Assembly (NCBI GenBank): GCA_965237675.1
Contig: OZ250150.1
Span: 4,480,001 to 4,544,000 of the forward strand
DNA length: 64,000 nt
Direction: 5' to 3'
From: Candidatus Latescibacterota bacterium
Lineage (GTDB): Bacteria; Latescibacterota; UBA2968; GCA-2709665
Shown here: piece by piece, positions 9,511 through 20,299 of the stretch
Position numbering within the stretch: position 1 is the first letter of the stretch
How the letters are laid out: every line of letters starts with the position of its first letter
Notes under the pieces: model-generated
The model's input: the letters and a program-made list of their open reading frames with translations, nothing else
Databases searched by the model: none
Told to the model about the DNA's origin: nothing
Program-made: the position numbers and the translations under genes

Positions 9511-12500
9511 TTACCGTTCTTCGGATCCGCTTCTTCTCAATTCTTGATCCGCCTGCTGCTCATATGTCTCCGCTATCTTGCGCAATGCAGTCGCAAATCG
9601 TGAATAACCTCTCTCCTCGAGGGCTTCTGCCTTTTCTCGGTTCAACTGCGCCAACTCTCGCTCCTCTTTGCCGGCGGTAAACCAATAGGCACCTCGCTGA
9701 TTTACGATCTCAGTTGTAAATCCGGATCGCATATCTGCCGCATTTCGTGCGTTCAAGGCGGACGCGACCGCATCATGTATCCACAAGCCATCAGGGTCAG
9801 GTGGCGCGTGTGTCAATACATGGCCGATTTGTATCTGCGCAACTTGACGGTGGCCAGTCGTTTCCGTAATTCGAATCGCCTCCTCTAACCATATCCTAAA
9901 AATAACTGCATCAAAGGAGTCATCGGGTAGTTTGCCCGGACAGATTTCCCATTCGGCTAAGAGCCTGTAGGCATTCTGGGCGAGGTTTTTTCTTTCTTCA
10001 CTGATTCCTGAAATGTTTTCGTCCTCATTTATTGAAGGAAAAATGAGTGCGACGACTTCAGCGAAAAACGCAGGATCTGAGGCGAGCCGTCTTTCAAGTG
10101 TAACTGGTGATCCTGACGAGAACCGGTCAAGCAACGGAAGTAAGTTCCATTCAATCTTAAATAGAGCGTCCGATTCGACGTTAGAAGAATTCTGTAATCG
10201 TTTAATTACGTCGACGGTCCTATTGGGATCCAGTCGATTCGCCACGTCGGGCGTCTCCAGTACACCAAGAAGTGCTCGAACCGCAAGGTCTTCCTTAAAC
10301 CTCGTTTCGTCTTGTATCGTGCGGTAGACACAGAGGACAGCTTCCGGAGCACGCCCAAATTCGATCAGTTTCTCAATGGCTAAATCCAGGTCTCGATCTG
10401 GCCCAAACGGGTTTACGCCAACCTTCATCCAATAGAGCCTTTCATTCTCATCTCCGAGGTGGTCTCTTACTCGACTCCAAACGCCCTCATTGAACGGAAG
10501 CAGAATCAGGAATGCGCTTTTCTGAATGTGATCCCAATCGTACCTGAGCACCTGATCAACCCAAGCCCAACTCAATCTCCAGAATCGCCCAAAGACGAAC
10601 CCGGATACAAACCGTTTCTCGATTTCGTCTTCAGCATTAAGCAGTGAAGGAAGAATCACTGCCTCGATTTCTTCACTTCCGATACTACCCAGAGCATATC
10701 CAACTTCATAAGGTAAGGCAACATTCTGAGCGAAAGTTAAAACAGCACGCACACCTCCTGTGTCAAGAATCGCCTGCACAGCATTCTGACGAGCCTTGTC
10801 AAGGAGCTTTTGCTGTTCTTCGTAATTACCCTTCTCATCGAAATATTCTAAACCTCGACCACTGAAAAGGTAACGATTTTTCAGATCTGGGCTCTCGGGA
10901 GCCAAGGAGTTTGCCACAATCTCAATCTTAGCGACTCTATCTTCGGGCATTGCCCACTTAGCGTCTGCGAATTTTCGGTGTTGGCAGACTGTATCTCTCA
11001 ACCTCTCCCAGAGCTCAAGGCGCTCAGCCTGAGGCAAAGCCAGGACCTCGTCCGAAGCCAAATGTTCCAGAACGTTCGCTTGCGCTTTCCTGGGCAAATC
11101 GGACAGACGCTTAATCAACTCCTCAAGTTTCTCAGTGCTTGTCTTTGCGAGTACAACTGCCAACTCTGTGTAAATCGTTATCTGTTTCCAATATTCTGAA
11201 TTCAAGACACTGTCATTCCAATCTCTCGGAATGTAATTCCGCCAAGTTGGTCGGTGGCACCCGCTGGTAGAGCCGTGATCGTGCGGCAATAGACTTAGAA
11301 TTAACTCCCAACCTACTTTCGGCTGTTCTCGGAGTACGGTTTGAACAGCCGCTTTCCGCTTTTCAACCGAGGCACATGTTTGCACATGCCATGGTAAGAA
11401 GATGTCTACGAGGGAGTTCGATGGACGGTTTGCCCAGTTTCCTCCGGGATCAATCGAGGCAAGGTCTGATAGAATCACAGCTACGCGGGAGAGGAAATCT
11501 GGATTCCACGCAAGAGTTTCCAGTGCCCACAATAGGCCGCTCATGTAGTTCCAACCTCCAACTCCTCCACTATCCTCCTGAGCGAAAAGCTCGTGAAATG
11601 GCGATTGGCCCAAGTCTTCTAACGCCGACTCAACCGCATCGAGAAACTCGCCGGGAGCCGCTTCGGCAAGGAGCGGCAACAACGAATCCAAACTCGCCCA
11701 CCGGTCCCAGTTCGCATTATCCAAAAGTCCTCGGACTGTGAGAACTGCCGTAAATTCCGGTTTGTTAAGAGAACATGAGGAAAGTGTTTTCGGGCGACTT
11801 CCGATTAGAGCGAGTGTTTCTGCCAAACCTTCACGAAGAAAACGGGAATGTCTAAGTTGCTTACCGTGAATGCTTGCCGCGAATCGTTCCTCTTTCGGCA
11901 AGTCAAACTTTGGATCTCTTTCTCCAAGAACTGAAATGGCTGCCTCTTGGAGCCGATCTAGATCCTCATCCGTTATTCTATTGCCCAACGCGCTCCACGC
12001 TTCACCCCGTGCGACAAATCGCCATCTTTCATCGAGTTGAGTTAGGGGAGAGTCCGAGCGAAGCGCGTCAGGTCTGACTGTCTCGATCCACTCCCCATAT
12101 CCTTTTCCCAACAACCTCTCCAAAGCAGCCTGGTCTGACGGGCTGTTACCGTCCCATTTACCGACAAGCCCTGCTTGTGCAATGCGCCTCGCATTCTCCC
12201 AGGTTGCATAAGGCGGCAGCGTTCCAAGTCCCTGCAAGTTCCTGCGTATTGCGGAAATTCGATCCCCTCCAATTCCGGCTAACTCTTTAGAACGAACCTC
12301 TGTGAAACCTGCCTCTTTTAGGATTGTCTCTATACGGTGTTGGGACGGACTTCGTAATTTGACTATTTCGTGACTTTCCGCTGCCCACGCACCAAAAAGA
12401 GGAACGACCACCGCATGTTCTCTCTGCGTGGCGATTGTTTGGAGATCAGCTCGCTCCTCCGTCTCCAAACCGAGCTTGACATCAGCGACAAAAACGTGTG

Positions 12501-13326
12501 ATCTACGTGTGTGCACGACCGAACGCCAAGCATCCTCTTCGGAAACAATCAAGCATCGGTGAGCGTAGTTTTGCGCGGTCTCCTCATCAAGTGTCTCGAT
12601 ATAGGCTGCGACAAAGTCGGCGACATCGTTTGGGCTTTCTGCAAACAGAAGCAGCCTTTTCGAATTACCTTCGAACAGCGCCTGTAGAGCATCGCAGGCA
12701 TTACTACGTCCTTCAGTGAATAGCTTTGCTGGAAGTGGAGGGTCGGACGGTACTGTTGGAGTAGCGATGATATCCCAATGCTCTCGCGGAGTCGAAAGCC
12801 CGCCTAAGCTGCACAACAAACCGATTTTTTTTGCCATCCACCGACCTATAGCTGGAAACTCCCGCAACCAGTCGGCGAGTTTAACACCGTCAATAATTCG
12901 GATATCTTTCCAGCCCTTACCTCTTTTGGTTTCCAGCCACTTTGCTTGCTTCGGCTCATCCCATCCACCGGCACCGGCGGAACGGGGAGTCACAAAAATG
13001 AACGATGCCTCGGCCCGATCAGTTTCCGAGAGAGTGTCCGTCCTCTTCTTCAAGTCAGCTGTAGCTTTATTCTGTGGGTTTGCCCCAGTGCCGATTTCCC
13101 AGTACGATCTACCTTCCGGAACAAATTCGAGAAACGCTGCTTCAGCTTCAACGATCCCGTCCCAACCTGGTTGATTAACGTCGTCTCCATAGGGAATTCG
13201 ACACACCGAGGCGTTTGTAGACTGTCTTACAAGTAAGTAAAGCAACTCTGGAACTACGTCTTGGCTTTCTATAGTATCGGCATATCGTTCAAGATCACTG
13301 GAATGAACGATGTGGGTATGGTCCAT
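9511..13326 (-). CDS. Large uncharacterised protein: N-terminal restriction-endonuclease-like domain plus long alpha-helical region
   Basis: 1271-aa uninterrupted ORF; N-terminal PGWDGIVE...SYWEIG...KA..D..KR...FIFVT motif set; helical, Trp/Leu-rich remainder. Confidence 0.6.
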   Translation of the reverse strand: MDHTHIVHSSDLERYADTIESQDVVPELLYLLVRQSTNASVCRIPYGDDVNQPGWDGIVEAEAAFLEFVPEGRSYWEIGTGANPQNKATADLKKRTDTLSETDRAEASFIFVTPRSAGAGGWDEPKQAKWLETKRGKGWKDIRIIDGVKLADWLREFPAIGRWMAKKIGLLCSLGGLSTPREHWDIIATPTVPSDPPLPAKLFTEGRSNACDALQALFEGNSKRLLLFAESPNDVADFVAAYIETLDEETAQNYAHRCLIVSEEDAWRSVVHTRRSHVFVADVKLGLETEERADLQTIATQREHAVVVPLFGAWAAESHEIVKLRSPSQHRIETILKEAGFTEVRSKELAGIGGDRISAIRRNLQGLGTLPPYATWENARRIAQAGLVGKWDGNSPSDQAALERLLGKGYGEWIETVRPDALRSDSPLTQLDERWRFVARGEAWSALGNRITDEDLDRLQEAAISVLGERDPKFDLPKEERFAASIHGKQLRHSRFLREGLAETLALIGSRPKTLSSCSLNKPEFTAVLTVRGLLDNANWDRWASLDSLLPLLAEAAPGEFLDAVESALEDLGQSPFHELFAQEDSGGVGGWNYMSGLLWALETLAWNPDFLSRVAVILSDLASIDPGGNWANRPSNSLVDIFLPWHVQTCASVEKRKAAVQTVLREQPKVGWELILSLLPHDHGSTSGCHRPTWRNYIPRDWNDSVLNSEYWKQITIYTELAVVLAKTSTEKLEELIKRLSDLPRKAQANVLEHLASDEVLALPQAERLELWERLRDTVCQHRKFADAKWAMPEDRVAKIEIVANSLAPESPDLKNRYLFSGRGLEYFDEKGNYEEQQKLLDKARQNAVQAILDTGGVRAVLTFAQNVALPYEVGYALGSIGSEEIEAVILPSLLNAEDEIEKRFVSGFVFGRFWRLSWAWVDQVLRYDWDHIQKSAFLILLPFNEGVWSRVRDHLGDENERLYWMKVGVNPFGPDRDLDLAIEKLIEFGRAPEAVLCVYRTIQDETRFKEDLAVRALLGVLETPDVANRLDPNRTVDVIKRLQNSSNVESDALFKIEWNLLPLLDRFSSGSPVTLERRLASDPAFFAEVVALIFPSINEDENISGISEERKNLAQNAYRLLAEWEICPGKLPDDSFDAVIFRIWLEEAIRITETTGHRQVAQIQIGHVLTHAPPDPDGLWIHDAVASALNARNAADMRSGFTTEIVNQRGAYWFTAGKEERELAQLNREKAEALEERGYSRFATALRKIAETYEQQADQELRRSGSEER

Positions 13327-13928
13327 ATCGCGACCCTATTTGGTTTTTGTTTCGGTTTGGTTAAGAGAGCTTGATGCAAATCGCAATGGAGGCGCCCTAA
13401 GTGACGATCGCTCGGCTAAGTAGCACCTCAGAACGGGATTTCACTTACTCCATTGCGGCCCTAGCCCTTGCTGCTGAGTCAGACCCTGTGGCCCAGGTAC
13501 AAGCCCTTGTCCCTCACTTTTTGTTGGGCGGCAAGCAACGGACGCGGGTTTCTTTTACTACCTTTGGAAGGCGATCAGCTATTAGGTGGGTTCGCTATAT
13601 GGCGAGATGTGCTGTGAGGCTAATCGTCTATTTGCGAGAGTTTAGAATATAAGCCCACACGAATCCACCGGCAATCTCTGCACGAACGCAGGCTTGTTGG
13701 TTACCGTCGGTCGGTTTGTTTCCTGCCATCGTGCAAAGGACTTCTTGATTCCTCCCGAGAGACGATTTCTTCACATTTGGCCATTGTATCTTGGACTGTT
13801 TGCCGTCGAAGCAATTGCTCTTTCCGAGCGAGAACTCTCCGCACGCAATTGTGAGCATCAGAATTATCAACAGCGTGACGGGCGTACGCAACATTGCGTG
13901 TGGCGAAGACTGAATCTGTATAATCCTG

Positions 13929-16900
13929 TTAATCGGTCTCGTTCGCCCTTAAAATAGTTTCCACCGCGGCGATCTCTTCAGCCGTCAGCCCGTACAGTGC
14001 ATAGACCAAGCGATCTATCTGCACTTCCTGCTCGCTGGTGTCAGCACCGGTGTTGACACGTTTGGCGTCGAGGATATTGTCAACGATGTTCGTAATTTGG
14101 AACTGATTTTCACGTGATACTATTGGTATCGGAAACTGCTTCACATAGTTATTGATCCAACGGCTTGTTCCCATCCCACTTGTTTCTGCTGTAACGTATA
14201 GGTAAAACCGAATTGTGCTTGAATTTAGAACTCCAAGAAGGAATTTCGAATCTATACCTGATGGTGGGATCAAAAAATACGCCGAGTTCAGAAGGTATAT
14301 CTCCTCATTGCAAAGCGCGAATCGACCCAAGTCTGTTAGTTCAATCCATACGATCTTTTCTTTCTTGAAATCGTCATAAAATGAGCATGCACGCAAGTTT
14401 GTCCAGTGTTTCCCCCTTGCACCGCGACTTCTAAACTTGCCTCCAAACGACTCGAAATGCGAGTATATTTCGGGATAATCCCTCCTTACATTCACACCAT
14501 TCCTAGCCAGCAGTATATGCTGTCCCGATGAAATGTAGCTGTAGCGATGAATATCCCGACCTCTAAGAATCGGCTTTATTATGGCAGTGTTAACTGGATT
14601 CTTCTCGCAGAGTTCGCGTTTCTTTTCTTCATCTATTATAAATGCTTCATTGCTACCCGTAGCAATACCAAGTCTGATTTTCGTCCTGAGCTGTTCGAGG
14701 GTCTTTCCGGTGGACGCAAGTTTTCTTTGAAGCACAATTAGCTCTGGCCTTGTGAGGGTCCAAGGATTGGCATCCAAATACGCTTGGGGATAATCAAAAC
14801 CGTTGCTTTCGACAAAGTCTTCAATTGGAATTCCTTTTGTGAGTGGTGAGTTAACAACAACGCAAAGCTCATCATACATCTGGGATGAATTACAAGAGAC
14901 GATTATCGCTACATTTACAATCGCGCTCGCGAAAACCTGTGAGTCTTCAATACTTAATACTCTAAGTAAGGCATTTCTCTTGCTCAGCAATTCGCGGATG
15001 GGGGCTCCGTATTCTGCCCTCAAATACGAATTGGAAGTAATAAAGCTCAATACGCCTGCATTGTTTTGCAACCTCAGTGCCTTCTCAATGAAGTAGCAGT
15101 ACAAGTCGGCAAATGGCTGGTACGATAGATAACTATTCCTAACAATGGATTTCTGATGTTTTGAGATTTTGTCGTGACTAACATAAGGAGGGTTTCCAAT
15201 TACGACGTCAAAACCACCCGTTTTTCCAAACATATACTCGGCATCGAACCAATGCGCAACGGTATTCTGGTCATAAGGATCCCATTGCGCAATATTGAGG
15301 GCTGCATCAGTAGGAAGTCCAAGATTTCGCAGCTCCGTTGCCAATTGTGTCCGCAGGATTCTATCCTTTTCCTTACATTCAAGTTTTCGCTGCCGTGTAG
15401 AGGCGTGAAAATGCTGTTCGCGGTTTTCATTCAGTTCACGTTCCAAATCCTGCGCTCTCCTGTTTTTCAACATTCGCTCACCCTCGAGACCGATGAGCGT
15501 GTTCGCCACAACAAAACGTGTCTCCAGATTCGGCAAGGGTTTAATGCCCAAATTCTCCGCTGTCTCGTCCGATTCCTGTTCAATGGCCAAGGAGATGAAG
15601 AAGCGCAATCTTGCGATCTGGCAGGCTACGGGCTGAATATCCACGCCGAAAATACTGTTTTGTATGAGGTAGAGTTTGCGTCCGAAGTCCCCTGAATATC
15701 GCTGGAAGGTTTCGCTGATTTCCAACATCTCGGCGTTGCGTTCCCGCTGGTTTCGTGTTTCAAACGCTGCGTCCACTCTCGCTCTGGCGCGTTCCTTTTG
15801 TAGGGCTTGCCAGTGCTCATTGTCCGGGTCAAGCCGCTGTAACGCAAGGATAAGCTTGTGCAAGATGCCCATTGGAAACGCGCCGGAACCAACCGCAGGA
15901 TCAAGCACCTTGAGATTGGCAATCGCCCGAATGATGCTTTCCTTCTCGGGTTTATCAAACAAGACATCGACGTCATTGAATTCGTCCGCGTAATCTAGCA
16001 ACCAGCGCAAACTGGTATCAAAGTCATCGGCGATCCCATTCTTGGGCAGACACTTCTGCTTCAGAGTTGCCACCAGCGCCTCATCCACCATATAGTCAAC
16101 GACGACACGCGGCGTGTAATATGAGCCGGTTTGCTTTCGTACTGTGTCACGAGTTTCAGGGTTGTAGGCAGCCAGCAGGTTTTCAAAAACCTTGCCCAGC
16201 AGTTCAGGATCCAATGCGACTTCTTGCTCGACAGGCGTGTTTTCCTCGACCGTGAACTTGTAGTGATTGAGTAGAGGAAACAGTCCATATTCATCATCGA
16301 AGAACAGCGCGTCAGGGACGTTCAATTGCCGCCATGCGTCACGACGCGCTTCTGCGGCGCGGGGCCCCTCACTTGGGTCGGGGTCGCTGAACATGTCGAT
16401 GCGTTTGCCACCCGCGCTTCTCGACTCTTCGTCGTCGAGGCAGTCAAACAGCCCACCGTTGATGAACGGCGTCTGCTTCATCAAGCCTTCAAATCGGTCC
16501 AAATCGCGAATGAGTGATTTGTAGCGATAACGTGAAAAGACCCTGTGGTTGGGCTCCCTTCGGGTACTGAATCCGCGTGCTCCCATCTCGGTGTTGAGGG
16601 TAGCGAAAAAGAGATTCTGCAAGACAGCGCGGTAGTAGTCCGAGCCGCCGAAGTTGCTCAGCAACTCTTCCATTTCGGCCTTTACGTACCATTCCTCCCG
16701 GACCAATCCCTTTTCCTTGATGAACCAGACGAACAGGATTCGTGTTATCAAACGGATTACCTGTTGTTCCGCAGACACGGTCGAGGGGAATTTCGCATCC
16801 TCAGCAGCCCTCTTGAACCATTCGAAGAGTTCCCCGTAGAACCGTCGGTTGAGTTCCTCGGTGTCCAGTTTGTCCAGCCAGGCGGCCAGCAGGCCGTCGA

Positions 16901-17450
16901 AATTGTGTGGCTTGCTGTGGAGATCCATCCATCTAGCGCACTCGGCCAGCGACAGTTCAGCCAATATGTCCAAATGGGCGCGGTGCGGATTTTCCGGGTC
17001 AACTTCCCGTATCAGCGACACTTTGCCCAGTACATCGCGCTCCGGATCGCGCTTGTGCTCGCGACGGTGAACGAAGCCCACGGTTAGCAAGTTGCCCGTG
17101 GTTTTGAATAGAACGACCGTAGGTTGGATCAGACGCTTGTTGATCTCGCGTGTGAACTGTGCATACTGGCCGCGAGGGTAACCCTTGCCGTTCAGTTCTA
17201 CTGCGAAGAAGACAAAACTCTGCTGACGCCCCTTGTCGAACGCAGTGGCATTAAAACCAAACGTCGGCTGGCTACTGGCCGCGATTTCGTCGCTTGTAAC
17301 CTGGAATATCACCTTCACGGATTGCGTCTGCTCGCGGAATTCCAGTTCTGACTTCGTGTTTTCGTTTGGAACGGGAAATTCGCGAATAAACTCATCCACG
17401 CTTCCCGAAAGTTCCTGAGTGCGCCCGCTTTGATATCCCAGGACCTCTAG
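13929..17450 (-). pseudogene. Eco57I/type IIG-like N6-adenine DNA methyltransferase, main body (5' end separated by IS1380)
   Basis: TGSYYTPR, VLDPAVGSGAF, FGVDIQ, VIGNPPY and a TaqI-like C-terminal TRD. The ORF-track start at 17483 lies inside the IS end. Confidence 0.9.
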
Positions 17451-19138
17451 CCCGATTAATTCATGAATCGTCAGATAGAGCATTTTAAGGAAGCAGAAAG
17501 AGCTTCCGAGTGAGACAAGAAACGAAAGCGCATGGGCTGTGACGGATTTGGCGTGTTCAAGCCGTTTGGGCGGCGCCTGCTTTGCCTCGTGACGTCAGGT
17601 TGACCTCGATGCCCGTGTCAAGCGCACAGACTTCTCCATGACCTTTGGTGGTGGTCGATGCAAATGTGAAGGCGGGGTCAGCACGTCGATGGGTTATGGA
17701 ACACCCGTTGCCAGATTATAGAGGATCTTGCCATAAAGGTGTTTGAGTGGAAACGCCGTTGGCAGATGGAACTTGATTTTAGTTTTCAACTCACAAACGC
17801 GCCCGGCGACTTTCAAGAGACGATTTTGCAGGGTATTGAACTGTGCGTTGGTCCACTTCGTGCCGCGCAATCCGATTGCAGCCAGGCTGTGCATCAGGAC
17901 ATAGGCGGCGCTGTGGAGAAAGAGACGGAAGTGATTGGCCTGGAAGGTGTGACAAGAGGTGCGATCGGAATGGAGAAAGGTCTTGTGATTTTTGATGAAG
18001 TTTTCCATCCTGCCGCGTGTGCAATAGGCGGTTTTGTAGATGAATGACGGTTGGGCGCGCTTCAGGTTGGTGACCACGAATCGGATATTGACACCTTGCG
18101 GTGTCACTTCCGCCTTGCAGACGATGCGTTGTGGACACGCCCAGGTGCCGGCCTGATAGGCCCAACAGCGATAAAGGCGCACGGTTTCTCCGGAATCGGC
18201 ATACCGCGTTTTGGCCTGGTCTATCAAGGACTGTGCCTTCCGCAGGAGTTTGGCGTTGCCGTTCTGTCCGAGGACAAAATACACATCTTCTTCCTCACAC
18301 AACACGTGCACTTCCGGACACGAAAAATGCGCATCGCCACGTAACAGGATCTCCACGTCGGGCCAGGCTTTACGCAGGTAGGCGATCACCCGTTTGAGGA
18401 TGGTGACGATCTCTTTACCCGCAGGCCGCCTGCCAGGACGCAAGACCGTCGTGATCAACTTGCCGGTTTGGCCTTCATAGATATGCAGGGGCTGGTAGCA
18501 ATAGCCATTGAAATACGCATTGAACAACGACAACTGTTGAGACCCATGCACCTTGTCTTCGGTGTCATCGATGTCCAACAGAATGGCTTCCGGCGGTTCC
18601 TCATACGAGGCGACAAACACATCCGCAAAGGCCTTGGCGATCCGATACAAATCGGTTCTGCTGATGCGGTTCTCGAACCGACTCATCGTGGGCTGACTGG
18701 CCAGGTCCGCGCCAGACAACGGCAACCGATCACAGGCCGCCTTGAAGCCGGGGTCCTCGCGTAACGTCTTGCAATCATTCGCATCCTCATACCCACAGGC
18801 CATCTGAAAGACACGTTGTTTGATCAGGTCCATCATCGAATGATGTACGTAACTTTGATGTCGATGATCGGTGAGCGCCGCAACCATCCGATGCAAAATG
18901 CCGACATTGGCCTCGACCTCACGAAGCAGCATCACCCCGACGTCGGTCGTCAGCACGCCCCCGTCGAACGTGGCTTCTACCTGCCTACCAGAAAGACTTG
19001 CGAAAGACAACCTGTGATGTTTATCTTGAACTCCCACGGTAGTTTCCTCCTGTTTCATTGTTATTAGGTTATTTGCGTAACCATAATATAATACAATGAC
19101 TTGGGTATGGAAACTACCTTTTTTGTGAATTATTCAGG
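17451..19138 (-). mobile_element. IS1380-family insertion sequence (1688 bp)
   Basis: Terminal IRs CCCGATTAATTCATGAA / CCTGAATAATTCACAAA; 4-bp direct repeat CTAG at 17447-17450 and 19139-19142. Confidence 0.95.
17694..19058 (-). CDS. IS1380-family DDE transposase
   Basis: FDGGVLTTD.G, GYEDAND, LASQPTMSRFEN, LDIDDT, LRGDAHF and Y..RG.MENFIK motifs. Confidence 0.95.
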   Translation of the reverse strand: MKQEETTVGVQDKHHRLSFASLSGRQVEATFDGGVLTTDVGVMLLREVEANVGILHRMVAALTDHRHQSYVHHSMMDLIKQRVFQMACGYEDANDCKTLREDPGFKAACDRLPLSGADLASQPTMSRFENRISRTDLYRIAKAFADVFVASYEEPPEAILLDIDDTEDKVHGSQQLSLFNAYFNGYCYQPLHIYEGQTGKLITTVLRPGRRPAGKEIVTILKRVIAYLRKAWPDVEILLRGDAHFSCPEVHVLCEEEDVYFVLGQNGNAKLLRKAQSLIDQAKTRYADSGETVRLYRCWAYQAGTWACPQRIVCKAEVTPQGVNIRFVVTNLKRAQPSFIYKTAYCTRGRMENFIKNHKTFLHSDRTSCHTFQANHFRLFLHSAAYVLMHSLAAIGLRGTKWTNAQFNTLQNRLLKVAGRVCELKTKIKFHLPTAFPLKHLYGKILYNLATGVP

Positions 19139-19250
19139 CTAGGATGTCTTTGGTCGCCTCCGGAAATTCGCTGGCAGGTATCGCAGCCAAAACAGATTGT
19201 AGGGCTTCCAGCAGATCGTCAGTGCGCTTCGCCACTTTTTCTCTGACCAT
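19139..19250 (-). pseudogene. Native 5' end (about 37 codons) of the methyltransferase
   Basis: ATG at 19250 gives MVREKVAKRTDDLLEALQSVLAAIPASEFPEATKDIL, which joins in frame to EVLGYQSG once the IS and one CTAG are removed. Confidence 0.9.
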
Positions 19251-19288
19251 GTTGCCTCGTTTCTTGTATTGATCGTCTAGGCCGCAGG

Positions 19289-20299
19289 TCACACGTCCCC
19301 GAGGTCGATTCTTTGTACGATCTTCTTCGCTAAATTCCTGAAATCGCGGCGGGCGTCGTTTGCAGCGGCGGCATGGCTGCCAATTGCTCCGTCGGCCGTG
19401 GTGAGGTGAAAAATGGGCTTCCGCGCTTCCTGAGCCATGGGCACCAGGCTCCGGTAGTGCTTGACGGTGGCGAGGGCGTGTTCTTCATCCTGTGCAGGTG
19501 TCGCGGGGTAAGGTCCTTCGTTGTCGTCGCGCAGGTTGCGGGCATACTCTTCCGGCATTCGATTAACCCACTTGTCGTACGCCTTTACGGGACGGCTCAG
19601 GCGTACGCCGTGCTGCTGCACCACGTACCCGACGGGTCGCATCTCCCCGTCAGGCAGTTGAAATTCCGGCTGCATCCAGTTGTCCCTTCGCTGCTTCCAG
19701 TCTTGCCGCCACCGATTCAACGTAGGACCGAGGTTGCGCAAGCCCTGGAGTGAAAACAAGTCGGCGCCCAGGGGAACGATAATTCGGTCGGTTGCAATCA
19801 TTGCGGAGCGATTAATCGCACCAAGATTGGGGCCAACGTCTGCAAGAATGACCGAGGCGTTCATTTGCATTGCACCACGCTGCATGACGGTAGAGAAAGC
19901 AGTCAGAATACGAAAAGGGCGGTAGAGTTCGCCGGAACCCAATGCGTTGGGCCATTCTGCGGACAGCGTGTCTTCAAATCCGGCCAGGGCCAGGTCTCCC
20001 GGTATCAGGTTCAGCGCAGGCACAATTTCCGCAAGCGATGGGTTTTTGATGTCTCCGACCATTGTCAGAGGCCGGACGCACTGCAGGATGGTCCGCCCGG
20101 AGGCATCGTTGTCTTCGTCCCACAGCTTTTCCAACTGCTCTTCATTCAGAAATGCAGCAGTGAGGTTCGCCTGCGGGTCCAGATCGCAGGCCAACACCCG
20201 ATAGCCGATGTCGGACAACATCCACGCCAGATGATAGACAAGGGAAGTTTTGCCGACACCGCCCTTGTTGTTGAAGAAAGTCAAAACGGGAACGGTCAC
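19289..20299 (-). CDS. ParA/MinD-family ATPase (orphan, no ParB)
   Basis: FFNNKGGVGKT deviant Walker A, DLDPQANL and ILADVGPNLG. Confidence 0.9.
   Translation of the reverse strand: MTVPVLTFFNNKGGVGKTSLVYHLAWMLSDIGYRVLACDLDPQANLTAAFLNEEQLEKLWDEDNDASGRTILQCVRPLTMVGDIKNPSLAEIVPALNLIPGDLALAGFEDTLSAEWPNALGSGELYRPFRILTAFSTVMQRGAMQMNASVILADVGPNLGAINRSAMIATDRIIVPLGADLFSLQGLRNLGPTLNRWRQDWKQRRDNWMQPEFQLPDGEMRPVGYVVQQHGVRLSRPVKAYDKWVNRMPEEYARNLRDDNEGPYPATPAQDEEHALATVKHYRSLVPMAQEARKPIFHLTTADGAIGSHAAAANDARRDFRNLAKKIVQRIDLGDV

Noticed and set aside
19289-20299. ParA as evidence of a plasmid or prophage replicon
   Set aside because: No ParB, Rep, iterons, conjugation or phage structural genes nearby
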